Positions 62,235-64,000 of a stretch of DNA of 64,000 bases are shown here, one piece after another. The notes below the pieces were generated by a model. It was not told where the DNA came from. It did not search any database and worked only from the letters and a program-made list of their open reading frames with translations. Numbering within the stretch: the stretch's first letter is position 1; the number at the start of each line of letters is the position of its first letter. The stretch spans positions 243,394 to 307,393 of the forward strand of contig CAVVUS010000014.1 of the NCBI GenBank assembly GCA_963751345.1, in the 5' to 3' direction. The position numbers and the translations under genes are program-made. This DNA is from an uncultured Chloroflexia bacterium. GTDB lineage: Bacteria > Chloroflexota > Anaerolineae > B4-G1 > SLSP01.

Positions 62235-63971
62235 TCACGCGTTTCTCCCCAGCGCTGCTGTTGGGAGCGGATGAACTGACTGTAGGGCGCAATCGCAGAC
62301 TGTTATCTCGCGCAGACTTCGGGCAACTTCGGCCTCAAACTGCGCCGTCAGCGTCTCCACCAAGTTGGTGCGTACATCGCTGATCTTCTGACGCAGCTCA
62401 TCCTTGAGCCGTCGCCTTCGACTTGGAATGACGAAGAGTCCCAAGACCGCCATCGTCCCGGCTGCGACGACACCGGTCACGTCAAGAAGCGTGCTTGAAG
62501 CGAGCACCGTGATCAGAGTGCCCAAACCTACTGCGCCGACCTCGACGAGCGCCGTGTTCGCGACCGCCCGTTGCAAGGACTGGGCGATGCGCTGGGCCTC
62601 TTGATTCCGATCGTAGGTCTGAAACGCTTGCTGCGCCGATACGCTCACGCTATCGATGAGATCCCTGCGATTCACGTCAAACGAACTGGGGATCTCACCC
62701 ATCAGTTGGTCCGCGTGCACGTCCTTGCGCCGGCGAACGTGCTCCACCACTGCCTGCCACTGGGACAGATTGCGTGCAACCAACCACTCGGTGATCTCCT
62801 CGACCCTTGTCTCGATGGCTTCGGGCACCTTGGCGACCACCTCTTCTCTAAACTGTGTCTCCAGTTTCCGGCGATCCAGGAGATCAAAGAAACGCCCCAG
62901 CCGCATCGTCTCATCAAAGAACGCAATCCCGCGGTTCTCGAAGGCCTGGAGTTGGCGCTCCACATCGGAGAGCCGCAGTCGGAACTCCCCGGCCATATCC
63001 GATTCGTAGATCCGTAATTGCTCCGTGACATTGTCCATCACGGCGAAGTCATCCCGCAGCAGCGTCATCCGCCCGTTGATCACATGGAGGTACTTGTCTG
63101 CCAGATGCAATCCCACGCCAAGCGGGTTGAGGAGCTTCAACCGCACGCGCTCCTTCTCATCGAGCCGTTGGCTGATGTACGATTCAAGGGCCTCGATGCG
63201 ACTTTCGGCGAGGGCATTGTCGTCGTGCGCCTGTTTCGCCCGCAGTGCCAGCCGTGCCGATACCGGGAGCACTTCGGGCGTGAAGCTCAGCAAAGACTGG
63301 GCACTCTCGGCTATGAAGCGCTCGATGTTCTCGAGCTCCTCGGGCGCCTCAAGGATGTCGATCTTGTTGACGACGATCACCACCTTCTTGCCCCACTCCC
63401 TGATCAGTTCAAGGAAGGCGCGCTCACTCTCCGTAAAGGGCCGGTCGACCGAAGTGACGAAGAGGACCAGATCGGAGCGAGGGAGAAACTCCCGTGTCAT
63501 TGCCTCGTGTTCCCGATAGATCGCGTTAGTGCCGGGGGTGTCCACGATCACGATCTCCTCCAGCACCGGCGATGGCAGCGTGAGCACATCCACGATGCCG
63601 GTCGCCAATTCTGCGTTAGCTGTCCCCCCTGCCCCTGTTTCACCGATGGCAGGCGAGTCCACAGCGTGAGAACGCGTTTCCGGACGTTCCCCAAACTTCA
63701 GAAGGTGGATGTTCCGGGTTGTAGGCGTGACGCCCATCTCGAGCAATGGCTCACCGAAGATGGCATTGATCAAAGCGCTCTTGCCGGCATTGAACTCGCC
63801 CACCACCACGAGCAAGAACAGTTCATCGAGCTGTCGCACCGAGCGCTCCAGCGCCGCTCGATCGTCATCGGTCGCCGGAAACTGCGCGAGCGCGATCTGC
63901 AGGCGTGTCAGCCAGCGACGCTCGCTCGCCAGGATAGCTTCTTCAGCTTGACTCAGGATCTTTGGTTGCAT
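62235..63971 (-). CDS. Bacterial dynamin-family GTPase (C-terminus probably frameshifted)
   Basis: GEFNAGKS, GVTPTT, DTPG, NKID; helical stalk; hydrophobic hairpin near the C-terminus. Confidence 0.9.
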   Translation of the reverse strand: MQPKILSQAEEAILASERRWLTRLQIALAQFPATDDDRAALERSVRQLDELFLLVVVGEFNAGKSALINAIFGEPLLEMGVTPTTRNIHLLKFGERPETRSHAVDSPAIGETGAGGTANAELATGIVDVLTLPSPVLEEIVIVDTPGTNAIYREHEAMTREFLPRSDLVLFVTSVDRPFTESERAFLELIREWGKKVVIVVNKIDILEAPEELENIERFIAESAQSLLSFTPEVLPVSARLALRAKQAHDDNALAESRIEALESYISQRLDEKERVRLKLLNPLGVGLHLADKYLHVINGRMTLLRDDFAVMDNVTEQLRIYESDMAGEFRLRLSDVERQLQAFENRGIAFFDETMRLGRFFDLLDRRKLETQFREEVVAKVPEAIETRVEEITEWLVARNLSQWQAVVEHVRRRKDVHADQLMGEIPSSFDVNRRDLIDSVSVSAQQAFQTYDRNQEAQRIAQSLQRAVANTALVEVGAVGLGTLITVLASSTLLDVTGVVAAGTMAVLGLFVIPSRRRRLKDELRQKISDVRTNLVETLTAQFEAEVARSLREITVCDCALQSVHPLPTAALGRNA

Positions 63972-64000
63972 GTCACCCCCAGGATGGGCTTAAGTATGCT

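Overview
High-GC bacterial window, most likely a Chloroflexota (Anaerolineae-like) long-read assembly; the taxon is inferred from gene content and style. Single-base indels split many genes, including rny, udk, moaE and ndvB. Contents in order: MFS transporter; Het-C/Zn-PLC-like gene; ApbE/ferric-reductase flavinylation operon with its own two-component system; prsW; rny-recX preceded by a ~450-nt structured non-coding region; tRNA-Thr(CGT); udk; a lower-GC surface-polysaccharide island (wzx, wzm/wzt, many glycosyl- and methyltransferases); OsmC and aldo/keto reductase genes; a molybdenum/tungsten-cofactor operon; a DEDDh exonuclease with an unknown nucleotidyltransferase; GH38, GH106 and glgX; SIMPL; osmC; and a dynamin-USP-ndvB-DUF4203-YtxH-apgM cluster. 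Three leads stand out. (1) A Moco-class riboswitch lacking P3 controls a TiaS-like enzyme, an ECF transporter, a membrane-anchored sulfite-oxidase-fold mini-domain and moaA-C-D-E-moeA, suggesting a pterin-cofactor uptake/salvage system. (2) Families of 15/18/36-bp micro-elements are inserted in-frame into unrelated genes. (3) An unidentified large structured RNA sits upstream of recX-rny.
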